A stretch of 64,000 nt of DNA from assembly GCA_040954595.2 (NCBI GenBank), contig CM082595.2, positions 9,227,918 through 9,291,917 on the forward strand. Direction: 5' to 3'. Of the stretch, positions 10,768 through 22,600 are shown piece after piece (the first letter of the stretch is position 1; each line of letters opens with the position of its first letter). A program made the translations under genes and the position numbers. The DNA comes from Balanoglossus misakiensis. Its lineage: Eukaryota; Animalia; Hemichordata. The notes beneath the pieces are model-generated. The model did no database searches, was not told where the DNA came from, and saw only the letters and a list, made by a program, of their open reading frames with translations.

Positions 10768-10950
10768 CTCGCGAGTGTCCACCACCGAATGTAGACAACT
10801 ACTTATCATATGAAATTGTTAATGGTGATTCATTGATTTTTGGAACAACCGTTGCCTACTCATGTCCATCTGGCTACAGTCTGACTGGCTACACTGTCTC
10901 TACATGTGGTGAAGATGGATCATGGATTGGAGATCCAGGATACTGTCAAC
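10768..10950 (+). CDS. Exon: sushi/CCP domain
   Basis: aaacag/gtaagt; RECPPPNV...FGTTVAYSCPSGYSLTGYTVSTCGEDGSWIGDPGYCQ. Confidence 0.9.
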
Positions 10951-11260
10951 GTAAGTCATTTAAGGATGTACATTCAGTAAAATTGAAAATATGGTCATTT
11001 CTTTTAATTGTTAATTTTTGGATTATCCTATGTATGTATAATGAAAATTTGTGATAAAATATAGGGGTCACCACGCTTGTTTTTGAAATACAGAGTCATG
11101 AATTTAGTCGATAATTGAAAAAAAGGAGTCAATGGTATCTGGACTTTTATAGTGGGAACTTGGGGTGAAAATGTTAAAGTTGTGACAGAATACAGATACC
11201 CAATATATATACCACAATCAAGTCTGCATCCACATAGTGTTTTATTTTTTTTACTTGCAG

Positions 11261-11443
11261 GATTGAACTGCAGTGATATACTCATAACAGACCCACATCT
11301 ACAAGCTGTCCCTGATAGTGGACCATATTATATGGGCAGTAACATCACATTCTATTGTAATGCTGGCTATGAATTAAATGGTGCTGATTACCTGACTTGT
11401 CAATCCGATTTACAGTGGAATAGTGCAATACCATCATGCATTG
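11261..11443 (+). CDS. Exon: sushi/CCP domain
   Basis: ttgcag/gtaagt; LNCSD...YYMGSNITFYCNAGYELNGADYLTCQSDLQWNSAIPSCI. Confidence 0.9.
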
Positions 11444-11636
11444 GTAAGTTCACATCAAGATTGGTCTTCATGTGGTTGTCTGCTTATGAGGTACCGTAAT
11501 CGATCACTCCAGTAATTTGACTATTTATCATAAATGTCACCTAAACTACATGCTGATAGGACATACAGTTCATGCCATGCAAATCTATGGCTGTCAGAAA
11601 TTTCATGATTTTCGTAATTTTATTTTTCATTGATTA

Positions 11637-11831
11637 CTGTAAAACAGGAAATTTTCGCGACAAAGAAATTTTTTGCGATATCAAAAGCAGAAACTGTTAT
11701 GAGACGATTAATTTTCATGTTCTCGTATTTCACTACATTGTTATCACTGAAAATAGTTTTTTACGCAAAAATTTCTTTTTTTTTTGGCTCTTGCATAGTT
11801 CGCGAAAATTTGTTTGTGAAAATTTCCTGTT
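11637..11831. mobile_element. TA-flanked MITE (CTGTAAAAC family), right end clipped
   Basis: TA|CTGTAAAACAGGAAATTTTCGCG ... AAATTTCCTGTT. Confidence 0.65.
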
Positions 11832-11920
11832 GGTCTGGTGGTTCCCAGCTAAACTTGTTGGTCTGAATTTACCAGCGGACCTGTAGGATTTTGATCATAT
11901 CTTGATGAATAACATTTCAG

Positions 11921-12049
11921 ATATCAATGAATGTAGTACATTGGTGGCACGGTGTGGAATCAATCAAGTCTGTGAAAATAGAGATGGTGACTATCAGTGT
12001 GCATGTTTGGTGGGATTTGAACCAGATGTGAATGGAACAGCATGCAAAG
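11921..12049 (+). CDS. Exon: calcium-binding EGF domain
   Basis: tttcag/gtgaga; DINECSTLVARCGINQVCENRDGDYQCACLVGFEPDVNGTACK. Confidence 0.9.
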
Positions 12050-12182
12050 GTGAGACATAAACAAGTCACTTGCAACATAACTTCAAGTCACTATTTTCAC
12101 ATTTAACACATTCCGAACTTATTTCAGAATTCCGGATAAATTTTTGGAATGACCTTTTAATCTCAGGTGTCTTTTTCTCATA

Positions 12183-12520
12183 GGATTACATTGATAATTG
12201 CTAGAAAACAAACTTCTACTATTGTCATTTTCACGAAATTTTACACATAGCTCAGTCTAGTAAATATAAATTCATTGGTCAAATAAAATTGTGTGATTAC
12301 AATGCTCTATTTTGAGATAAATTTCTTTAAGGTTTTTGTCCATAGACAAACCATTGGTGAACCATGCTGAGTCAGCAGGTTTCTTCTATTATCAACTAAA
12401 TTAATGGCCTTGTATTTCAAAAGCAAGCAAGGTGACGCCTTTATTTTATCACAGATTCATCTTGTACGTACACAAGATAATCCCAAAATTCACGATTAAA
12501 AGAAATGACAATACTTTCAA
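12183..12520. repeat. Interspersed repeat (second copy at ~57231-57568)
   Basis: GGATTACAT(T/C)GATAATTGC...AGAAAACAAACTTCTACTATTGTC shared over ~340 bp. Confidence 0.75.
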
Positions 12521-12570
12521 TTTTACTGAACGTACATTGTTTTAATCCAATCCATGTTCTTTCTTTGTAG

Positions 12571-12756
12571 ATATAAATGAATGTGCTTCACATTCTTGTG
12601 ATCAACTTTGTAAAAACACTGCAGGTGGTTTTCAATGTTCCTGTGAAGAAGGCTATCTCTTATATGCAAATAACGGCACAGGTGGATTCTATCTGCCACC
12701 TGGAGAAACTGGTCTCTCAATGTATGATGTCTACACTTTTAACCAATCATGTGTTC
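12571..12756 (+). CDS. Exon: calcium-binding EGF domain with Uif-type insertion
   Basis: ttgtag/gtaagt; DINECASHSCDQLCKNTAGGFQCSCEEGYLLYANNGTGGFYLPPGETGLSMYDVYTFNQSCV. Confidence 0.9.
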
Positions 12757-13271
12757 GTAAGTATCATGTTAAACTATAGAGTTAAAGGTATATGATCACC
12801 CATGGAAAATTAGCTATATATAGTTACCATGGAAAATTGAAATCTAGCCAATCACAGATTTTCATTTGGTGGCACACGTGGAAAACAGGCGCCACCATAT
12901 GTTCTTTAGAATGCTCAAATACGCCATTCAGCCATATATGGGAATGTGTATTGAAGGTGACTGTATACTTTTAACCAAGATTTGTCATATTATTGACCTT
13001 TATACCGCAATGAATTTGCAGCAACAAAAAGTGGACAAAAAGCTGAATTTCATAATTGGATTTCATAATTTTGCCGTAATTCAATAATGAAATGTGGAGA
13101 AAGTCAGCAGACCAACTTTGCACTGTTATTATTTATTTTGGATTTGTTTCCCTCCTGCTAACAAAAGTGTCCTCTCACCTCATGGCATGAAGATGCATTG
13201 AATTCTGAGAAAAAGGGGATTAATACTTGAGTGTATTTACAAAGACAAACAAGCTCACTGGTAGCATTTAA

Positions 13272-13378
13272 AGGGGAAGTCTGGTTCAGCTACATAATTG
13301 GGTAGCTTTGAGGTCATTCTTTCAGAAAAAAACATTGTGTAGAAATTATGCATAAATCAGCTGGACAGGACTTCCCTT
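13272..13378. mobile_element. Short MITE with TTAA TSD
   Basis: TTAA|AGGGGAAGTC ... GACTTCCCTT|TTAA; related left end at ~9646. Confidence 0.6.
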
Positions 13379-13613
13379 TTAATATTTCCAAGCAAGGCAA
13401 TTGGTTTACTGCAACAATTACTTTGAAAACACAGTGTAAAACAACAATCATGATATGAATGTTACTTTAATAGATAGTCATACTTATATAAGCATGACTG
13501 TCTATGTTGGTCTGTAAGTTGTATTTGAAAGAAAAGTTTCATGTACGAATAGTACAAAGATTGACATTTAGTCCACAAATCCCTGAAATGAGACAGCCAC
13601 GACCTACCATTAA

Positions 13614-16600
13614 CATTAACCAGAGCACACAGTAACCAGGCCGTAGTGGACAGTGTTCTGCCCATTAATTTTGAGTGTTTGGTGGGGTCAACCTTTGCGT
13701 CAACATTAACCAGAGCACACAGTAACCAGGCCATAGTGGACAGTGTGCTGCCCATTAATTTTGAGTGTTTGGTGGTGTCAACCTTTGCGTCAACATTAAC
13801 CAGAGCACACAGTAACCAGGCCGTAGTGGACAGTGTTCTGCCCATTAATTTTGGGTGTTTGGTGGGGTCAACCTTTGCGTCAACATTAACCAGAGCACAC
13901 AGTAACCAGGCCGTAGTGGACAGTGTTCTGCCCATTAATTTTGAGTGTTTGGTGGGGTCAACCTTTGCGTCAACATTAACCAGAGCACACAGTAACCAGG
14001 CCGTAGTGGACAGTGTTCTGCCCATTAATTTTGAGTGTTTGGTGGGGTCAACCTTTGCGTCAACATTAACTAGGCCAGAGTGGCCAGTATCGTGCCCATT
14101 AATTTTGAGTGTTTGGTGGGGTCAACCTTTGCGTCAACATTAACTAGGCCAGAGTGGCCAGTATCATGCCCATTAATTTTGAGTGTTTGGTGGGGTCAAC
14201 CTTTGCGTCAACATTAACTAGGCCAGAGTGGCCAGAATCTTGCCCATTAATTTTGAGTGTTTGGTGGGGTCAACCTTTGCGTCAACATTAACTAGGCCAG
14301 AGTGGCCAGTATCGTGCCCATTAATTTTGAGTGTTTGGTGGGGGTCAACCTTTGCGTCAACATAAACCAGAGCACACAGTAACCAGGCCGTAGTGGACAG
14401 TGTTCTGCCCATTAATTTTGAGTGTTTGGTGGGGTCAACCTTTGCGTCAACATTAACCAGAGCACACAGTAACCAGGCCATAGTGGACAGTGTTCTGCCC
14501 ATTAATTTTGAGTGTTTGGTGGGGTCAACCTTTGCGTCAACATTAACCAGAGCACACAGTAACCAGGCCGTAGTGGACAGTGTTCTGCCCATTAATTTTG
14601 AGTGTTTGGTGGGGTCAACCTTTGCGTCAACATTAACCAGAGCACACAGTAACCAGGCCGTAGTGGACAGTGTTCTGCCCATTAATTTTGAGTGTTTGGT
14701 GGGGTCAACCTTTGCGTCAACATTAACCAGAGCACACAGTAACCAGGCCGTAGTGGACAGTGTTCTGCCCATTAATTTTGAGTGTTTGGTGGGGTCAACC
14801 TTTGCGTCAACATTAACCAGAGCACACAGTAACCAGGCTGTAGTGGACAGTGTTCTGCCCATTAATTTTGAGTGTTTGGTGGGGTCAACCTTTGCGTCAA
14901 CATTAACCAGAGCACACAGTAACCAGGCCATAGTGGACAGTGTGCTGCCCATTAATTTTGAGTGTTTGGTGGAGTCAACCTTTGCGTCAACATTAACCAG
15001 AGCACACAGTAACCAGGCCGTAGTGGACAGTGTTCTGCCCATTAATTTTGAGTGTTTGGTGGGGTCAACCTTTGCGTCAACATTAACCAGAGCACACAGT
15101 AACCAGGCTGTAGTGGACAGTGTTCTGCCCATTAATTTTGAGTGTTTGGTGGGGTCAACCTTTGCGTCAACATTAACCAGAGCACACAGTAACCAGGCCA
15201 TAGTGGACAGTGTGCTGCCCATTAATTTTGAGTGTTTGGTGGAGTCAACCTTTGCGTCAACATTAACCAGAGCACACAGTAACCAGGCCGTAGTGGACAG
15301 TGTTCTGCCCATTAATTTTGAGTGTTTGGTGGGGTCAACCTTTGCGTCAACATTAACCAGAGCACACAGTAACCAGGCCATAGTGGACAGTGTTCTGCCC
15401 ATTAATTTTGAGTGTTTGGTGGGGTCAACCTTTGCGTCAACATTAACCAGAGCACACAGTAACCAGGCCGTAGTGGACAGTGTTCTGCCCATTAATTTTG
15501 AGTGTTTGGTGGGGTCAACCTTTGCGTCAACATTAACCAGAGCACACAGTAACCAGGCCGTAGTGGACAGTGTTCTGCCCATTAATTTTGAGTGTTTGGT
15601 GGGGTCAACCTTTGCGTCAACATTAACCAGAGCACACAGTAACCAGGCCGTAGTGGACAGTGTTCTGCCCATTAATTTTGAGTGTTTGGTGGGGTCAACC
15701 TTTGCGTCAACATTAACCAGAGCACACAGTAACCAGGCCAGAGTGGCCAGTATCGTGCCCATTAATTTTGAGTGTTTGATGGGGGTCAACCTTTGCGTCA
15801 ACATTAACCAGAGCACACAGTAACCAGGCCGTAGTGGACAGTGTTCTGCCCATTAATTTTGAGTGTTTGGTGGGGTCAACCTTTGCGTCAACATTAACCA
15901 GAGCACACAGTAACCAGGCCATAGTGGACAGTGTGCTGCCCATTAATTTTGAGTGTTTGGTGGGGTCAACCTTTGCGTCAACATTAACCAGAGCACACAG
16001 TAACCAGGCCGTAGTGGACAGTGTTCTGCCCATTAATTTTGAGTGTTTGGTGGGGTCAACCTTTGCGTCAACATTAACCAGAGCACACAGTAACCAGGTC
16101 GAGTGGACAGTGTTCTGCCCATTAATTTTGAGTGTTTGGTGGGGTCAACCTTTGCGTCAACATTAACCAGAGCACACAGTAACCAGGCCGTAGTGGACAG
16201 TGTTCTGCCCATTAATTTTGAGTGTTTGGTGGGGTCAACCTTTGCGTCAACATTAACTAGGCCAGAGTGGCCAGTATCGTGCCCATTAATTTTGAGTGTT
16301 TGGTGGGGTCAACCTTTGCGTCAACATTAACTAGGCCAGAGTGGCCAGTATCGTGCCCATTAATTTTGAGTGTTTGGTGGGGTCAACCTTTGCGTCAACA
16401 TTAACTAGGCCAGAGTGGCCAGTATCGTGCCCATTAATTTTGAGTGTTTGGTGGGGTCAACCTTTGCGTCAACATTAACTAGGCCAGAGTGGCCAGTATC
16501 GTGCCCATTAATTTTGAGTGTTTGGTGGGGGTCAACCTTTGCGTCAACATTAACCAGAGCACACAGTAACCAGGCCGTAGTGGACAGTGTTCTGCCCATT

Positions 16601-19600
16601 AATTTTGAGTGTTTGGTGGGGTCAACCTTTGCGTCAACATTAACCAGAGCACACAGTAACCAGGCCATAGTGGACAGTGTGCTGCCCATTAATTTTGAGT
16701 GTTTGGTGGTGTCAACCTTTGCGTCAACATTAACCAGAGCACACAGTAACCAGGCCGTAGTGGACAGTGTTCTGCCCATTAATTTTGGGTGTTTGGTGGG
16801 GTCAACCTTTGCGTCAACATTAACCAGAGCACACAGTAACCAGGCCGTAGTGGACAGTGTTCTGCCCATTAATTTTGAGTGTTTGGTGGGGTCAACCTTT
16901 GCGTCAACATTAACCAGAGCACACAGTAACCAGGCCGTAGTGGACAGTGTTCTGCCCATTAATTTTGAGTGTTTGGTGGGGTCAACCTTTGCTTCAACAT
17001 TAACCAGAGCACACAGTAACCAGGCCGTAGTGGACAGTGTTCTGCCCATTAATTTTGAGTGTTTGGTGGGGTCAACCTTTGCGTCAACATTAACTAGGCC
17101 AGAGTGGCCAGTATCGTGCCCATTAATTTTGAGTGTTTGGTGGGGTCAACCTTTGCGTCAACATTAACTAGGCCAGAGTGGCCAGTATCATGCCCATTAA
17201 TTTTGAGTGTTTGGTGGGGTCAACCTTTGCGTCAACATTAACTAGGCCAGAGTGGCCAGTATCTTGCCCATTAATTTTGAGTGTTTGGTGGGGTCAACCT
17301 TTGCGTCAACATTAACTAGGCCAGAGTGGCCAGTATCGTGCCCATTAATTTTGAGTGTTTGGTGGGGGTCAACCTTTGCGTCAACATTAACCAGAGCACA
17401 CAGTAACCAGGCCGTAGTGGACAGTGTTCTGCCCATTAATTTTGAGTGTTTGGTGGGGTCAACCTTTGCGTCAACATTAACCAGAGCACACAGTAACCAG
17501 GCCATAGTGGACAGTGTGCTGCCCATTAATTTTGAGTGTTTGGTGGGGTCAACCTTTGCGTCAACATTAACCAGAGCACACAGTAACCAGGCCATAGTGG
17601 ACAGTGTTCTGCCCATTAATTTTGAGTGTTTGGTGGGGTCAACCTTTGCGTCAACATTAACCAGAGCACACAGTAACCAGGCCGTAGTGGACAGTGTTCT
17701 GCCCATTAATTTTGAGTGTTTGGTGGGGTCAACCTTTGCGTCAACATTAACCAGAGCACACAGTAACCAGGCCGTAGTGGACAGTGTTCTGCCCATTAAT
17801 TTTAAGTGTTTGGTGGGGTCAACCTTTGCGTCAACATTAACCAGAGCACACAGTAACCAGGCCATAGTGGACAGTGTTCTGCCCATTAATTTTGAGTGTT
17901 TGGTGGGGTCAACCTTTGCGTCAACATTAACCAGAGCACACAGTAACCAGGCTGTAGTGGACAGTGTTCTGCCCATTAATTTTGAGTGTTTGGTGGGGTC
18001 AACCTTTGCGTCAACATTAACCAGAGCACACAGTAACCAGGCCATAGTGGACAGTGTGCTGCCCATTAATTTTGAGTGTTTGGTGGGGTCAACCTTTGCG
18101 TCAACATTAACCAGAGCACACAGTAACCAGGCCGTAGTGGACAGTGTTCTGCCCATTAATTTTGAGTGTTTGGTGGGGTCAACCTTTGCGTCAACATTAA
18201 CCAGAGCACACAGTAACCAGGCCATAGTGGACAGTGTTCTGCCCATTAATTTTGAGTGTTTGGTGGGGTCAACCTTTGCGTCAACATTAACCAGAGCACA
18301 CAGTAACCAGGCCGTAGTGGACAGTGTTCTGCCCATTAATTTTGAGTGTTTGGTGTGGTCAACCTTTGCGTCAACATTAACCAGAGCACACAGTAACCAG
18401 GCCGTAGTGGACAGTGTTCTGCCCATTAATTTTGAGTGTTTGGTGGGGTCAACCTTTGCGTCAACATTAACCAGAGCACACAGTAACCAGGCCGTAGTGG
18501 ACAGTGTTCTGCCCATTAATTTTGAGTGTTTGGTGGGGTCAACCTTTGCGTCAACATTAACCAGAGCACACAGTAACCAGGCCGTAGTGGACAGTGTTCT
18601 GCCCATTAATTTTGAGTGTTTGGTGGGGTCAACCTTTGCGTCAACATTAACCAGAGCACACAGTAACCAGGCCATAGTGGACAGTGTTCTGCCCATTAAT
18701 TTTGAGTGTTTGGTGGGGTCAACCTTTGCGTCAACATTAACCAGAGCACACAGTAACCAGGCCGTAGTGGACAGTGTTCTGCCCATTAATTTTGAGTGTT
18801 TGGTGGGGTCAACCTTTGCGTCAACATTAACCAGAGCACACAGTAACCAGGTCGAGTGGACAGTGTTCTGCCCATTAATTTTGAGTGTTTGGTGGGGTCA
18901 ACCTTTGCGTCAACATTAACCAGAGCACACAGTAACCAGGCCGTAGTGGACAGTGTTCTGCCCATTAATTTTGAGTGTTTGGTGGGGTCAACCTTTGCGT
19001 CAACATTAACTAGGCCAGAGTGGCCAGTATCATGCCCATTAATTTTGAGTGTTTGGTGGGGTCAACCTTTGCGTCAACATTAACTAGGCCAGAGTGGCCA
19101 GTATCGTGCCCATTAATTTTGAGTGTTTGGTGGGGTCAACCTTTGCGTCAACATTAACTAGGCCAGAGTGGCCAGTATCGTGCCCATTAATTTTGAGTGT
19201 TTGGTGGGGTCAACCTTTGCGTCAACATTAACTAGGCCAGAGTGGCCAGTATCGTGCCCATTAATTTTGAGTGTTTGGTGGGGTCAACCTTTGCGTCAAC
19301 ATTAACTAGGCCAGAGTGGCCAGTATCGTGCCCATTAATTTTGAGTGTTTGGTGGGGGTCAACCTTTGCGTCAACATTAACCAGCGCACACAGTAACCAG
19401 GCCGTAGTGGACAGTGTTCTGCCCATTAATTTTGAGTGTTTGGTGGGGTCAACCTTTGCGTCAACATTAACCAGAGCACACAGTAACCAGGCCATAGTGG
19501 ACAGTGTTCTGCCCATTAATTTTGAGTGTTTGGTGGGGTCAACCTTTGCGTCAACATTAACCAGAGCACACAGTAACCAGGCCATAGTGGACAGTGTTCT

Positions 19601-22600
19601 GCCCATTAATTTTGAGTGTTTGGTGGGGTCAACCTTTGCGTCAACATTAACCAGAGCACACAGTAACCAGACCGTAGTGGACAGTGTTCTGCCCATTAAT
19701 TTTGAGTGTTTGGTGGGGTCAACCTTTGCGTCAACATTAACCAGAGCACACAGTAACCAGGCCATAGTGGACAGTGTTCTGCCCATTAATTTTGAGTGTT
19801 TGGTGGGGTCAACCATTGCGTCAACATTAACCAGAGCACACAGTAACCAGGCCGTAGTGGACAGTGTTCTGCCCATTAATTTTGAGTGTTTGGTGGGGTC
19901 AACCTTTGCGTCAACATTAACCAGAGCACACAGTAACCAGGCCGTAGTGGACAGTGTTCTGCCCATTAATTTTGAGTGTTTGGTGGGGTCAACCTTTGCG
20001 TCAACATTAACCAGAGCACACAGTAACCAGGCCGTAGTGGACAGTGTTCTGCCCATTAATTTTGAGTGTTTGGTGGGGTCAACCTTTGCGTCAACATTAA
20101 CCAGAGCACACAGTAACCAGGCCGTAGTGGACAGTGTTCTGCCCATTAATTTTGAGTGTTTGGTGGGGTCAACCTTTGCGTCAACATTAACCAGAGCACA
20201 CAGTAACCAGGCCATAGTGGACAGTGTTCTGCCCATTAATTTTGAGTGTTTGGTGGGGTCAACCTTTGCGTCAACATTAACCAGAGCACACAGTAACCAG
20301 GCCGTAGTGGACAGTGTTCTGCCCATTAATTTTGAGTGTTTGGTGGGGTCAACCTTTGCGTCAACATTAACCAGAGCACACAGTAACCAGGCCATAGTGG
20401 ACAGTGTGCTGCCCATTAATTTTGAGTGTTTGGTGGGGTCAACCTTTGCGTCAACATTAACCAGAGCACACAGTAACCAGGCCGTAGTGGACAGTGTTCT
20501 GCCCATTAATTTTGAGTGTTTGGTGGGGTCAACCTTTGCGTCAACATTAACCAGAGCACACAGTAACCAGGCCATAGTGGACAGTGTGCTGCCCATTAAT
20601 TTTGAGTGTTTGGTGGGGTCAACCTTTGCGTCAACATTAACCAGAGCACACAGTAACCAGGCCGTAGTGGACAGTGTTCTGCCCATTAATTTTGAGTGTT
20701 TGGTGGGGTCAACCTTTGCGTCAACATTAACCAGAGCACACAGTAACCAGGCCGTAGTGGACAGTGTTCTGCCCATTAATTTTGAGTGTTTGGTGGGGTC
20801 AACCTTTGCGTCAACATTAACCAGAGCACACAGTAACCAGGCCGTAGTGGACAGTGTTCTGCCCATTAATTTTGAGTGTTTGGTGGGGTCAACCTTTGCG
20901 TCAACATTAACCAGAGCACACAGTAACCAGGCCGTAGTGGACAGTGTTCTGCCCATTAATTTTGAGTGTTTGGTGGGGTCAACCTTTGCGTCAACATTAA
21001 CCAGAGCACACAGTAACCAGGCCGTAGTGGACAGTGTTCTGCCCATTAATTTTGAGTGTTTGGTGGGGTCAACCTTTGCGTCAACATTAACCAGAGCACA
21101 CAGTAACCAGGCCATAGTGGACAGTGTTCTGCCCATTAATTTTGAGTGTTTGGTGGGGTCAACCTTTGCGTCAACATTAACCAGAGCACACAGTAACCAG
21201 GCCGTAGTGGACAGTGTTCTGCCCATTAATTTTGAGTGTTTGGTGGGGTCAACCTTTGCGTCAACATTAACCAGAGCACACAGTAACCAGGCCATAGTGG
21301 ACAGTGTGCTGCCCATTAATTTTGAGTGTTTGGTGGGGTCAACCTTTGCGTCAACATTAACCAGAGCACACAGTAACCAGGCCGTAGTGGACAGTGTTCT
21401 GCCCATTAATTTTGAGTGTTTGGTGGGGTCAACCTTTGCGTCAACATTAACCAGAGCACACAGTAACCAGGCCATAGTGGACAGTGTGCTGCCCATTAAT
21501 TTTGAGTGTTTGGTGGGGTCAACCTTTGCGTCAACATTAACCAGAGCACACAGTAACCAGGCCGTAGTGGACAGTGTTCTGCCCATTAATTTTGAGTGTT
21601 TGGTGGGGTCAACCTTTGCGTCAACATTAACCAGAGCACACAGTAACCAGGCCATAGTGGACAGTGTTCTGCCCATTAATTTTGAGTGTTTGGTGGGGTC
21701 AACCTTTGCGTCAACATTAACCAGAGCACACAGTAACCAGGCCGTAGTGGGGTCAACCTTTGCGTCAACATTAACCAGAGCACACAGTAACCAGGCCGTA
21801 GTGGACAGTGTTCTGCCCATTAATTTTGAGTGTTTGGTGGGGTCAACCTTTGCGTCAACATTAACCAGAGCACACAGTAACCAGGCCGTAGTGGACAGTG
21901 TTCTGCCCATTAATTTTGAGTGTTTGGTGGGGTCAACCTTTGCGTCAACATTAACCAGAGCACACAGTAACCAGGCCGTAGTGGACAGTGTTCTGCCCAT
22001 TAATTTTGAGTGTTTGGTGGGGTCAACCTTTGCGTCAACATTAACCAGAGCACACAGTAACCAGGCCGTAGTGGACAGTGTTCTGCCCATTAATTTTGAG
22101 TGTTTGGTGGGGTCAACCTTTGCGTCAACATTAACCAGAGCACACAGTAACCAGGCCATAGTGGACAGTGTGCTGCCCATTAATTTTGAGTGTTTGGTGG
22201 GGTCAACCTTTGCGTCAACATTAACCAGAGCACACAGTAACCAGGCCATAGTGGACAGTGTTCTGCCCATTAATTTTGAGTGTTTGGTGGGGTCAACCTT
22301 TGCGTCAACATTAACCAGAGCACACAGTAACCAGGCCGTAGTGGACAGTGTTCTGCCCATTAATTTTGAGTGTTTGGTGGGGTCAACCTTTGCGTCAACA
22401 TTAACCAGAGCACACAGTAACCAGGCCATAGTGGACAGTGTGCTGCCCATTAATTTTGAGTGTTTGGTGGGGTCAACCTTTGCGTCAACATTAACCAGAG
22501 CACACAGTAACCAGGCCGTAGTGGACAGTGTTCTGCCCATTAATTTTGAGTGTTTGGTGGGGTCAACCTTTGCGTCAACATTAACCAGAGCACACAGTAA

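Larger units (their letters stand above)
1234..12756 (+). pseudogene. Uninflatable (uif)-like mosaic protein locus, partial (CTL-CUBx3-sushix4-EGF_CAx2); disrupted or partly pseudo-exonised
   Basis: 14 collinear exons with GT-AG boundaries and matching phases. The last EGF has the insertion YANNGTGGFYLPPGETGLSMYDVYTFNQSCV that I recognise from the Uif family. Lesions: out-of-phase donor at ~3293, TGA at 5209-5211, CCG instead of CAG acceptor at 6011-6013. 5' start not seen. Confidence 0.7.

Noticed and set aside
14064-14360. B blocks of 74+74+74+75 = 297 bp looking frame-preserving
   Set aside because: Other blocks total 371, 223 or 224 bp, and B units contain stops.
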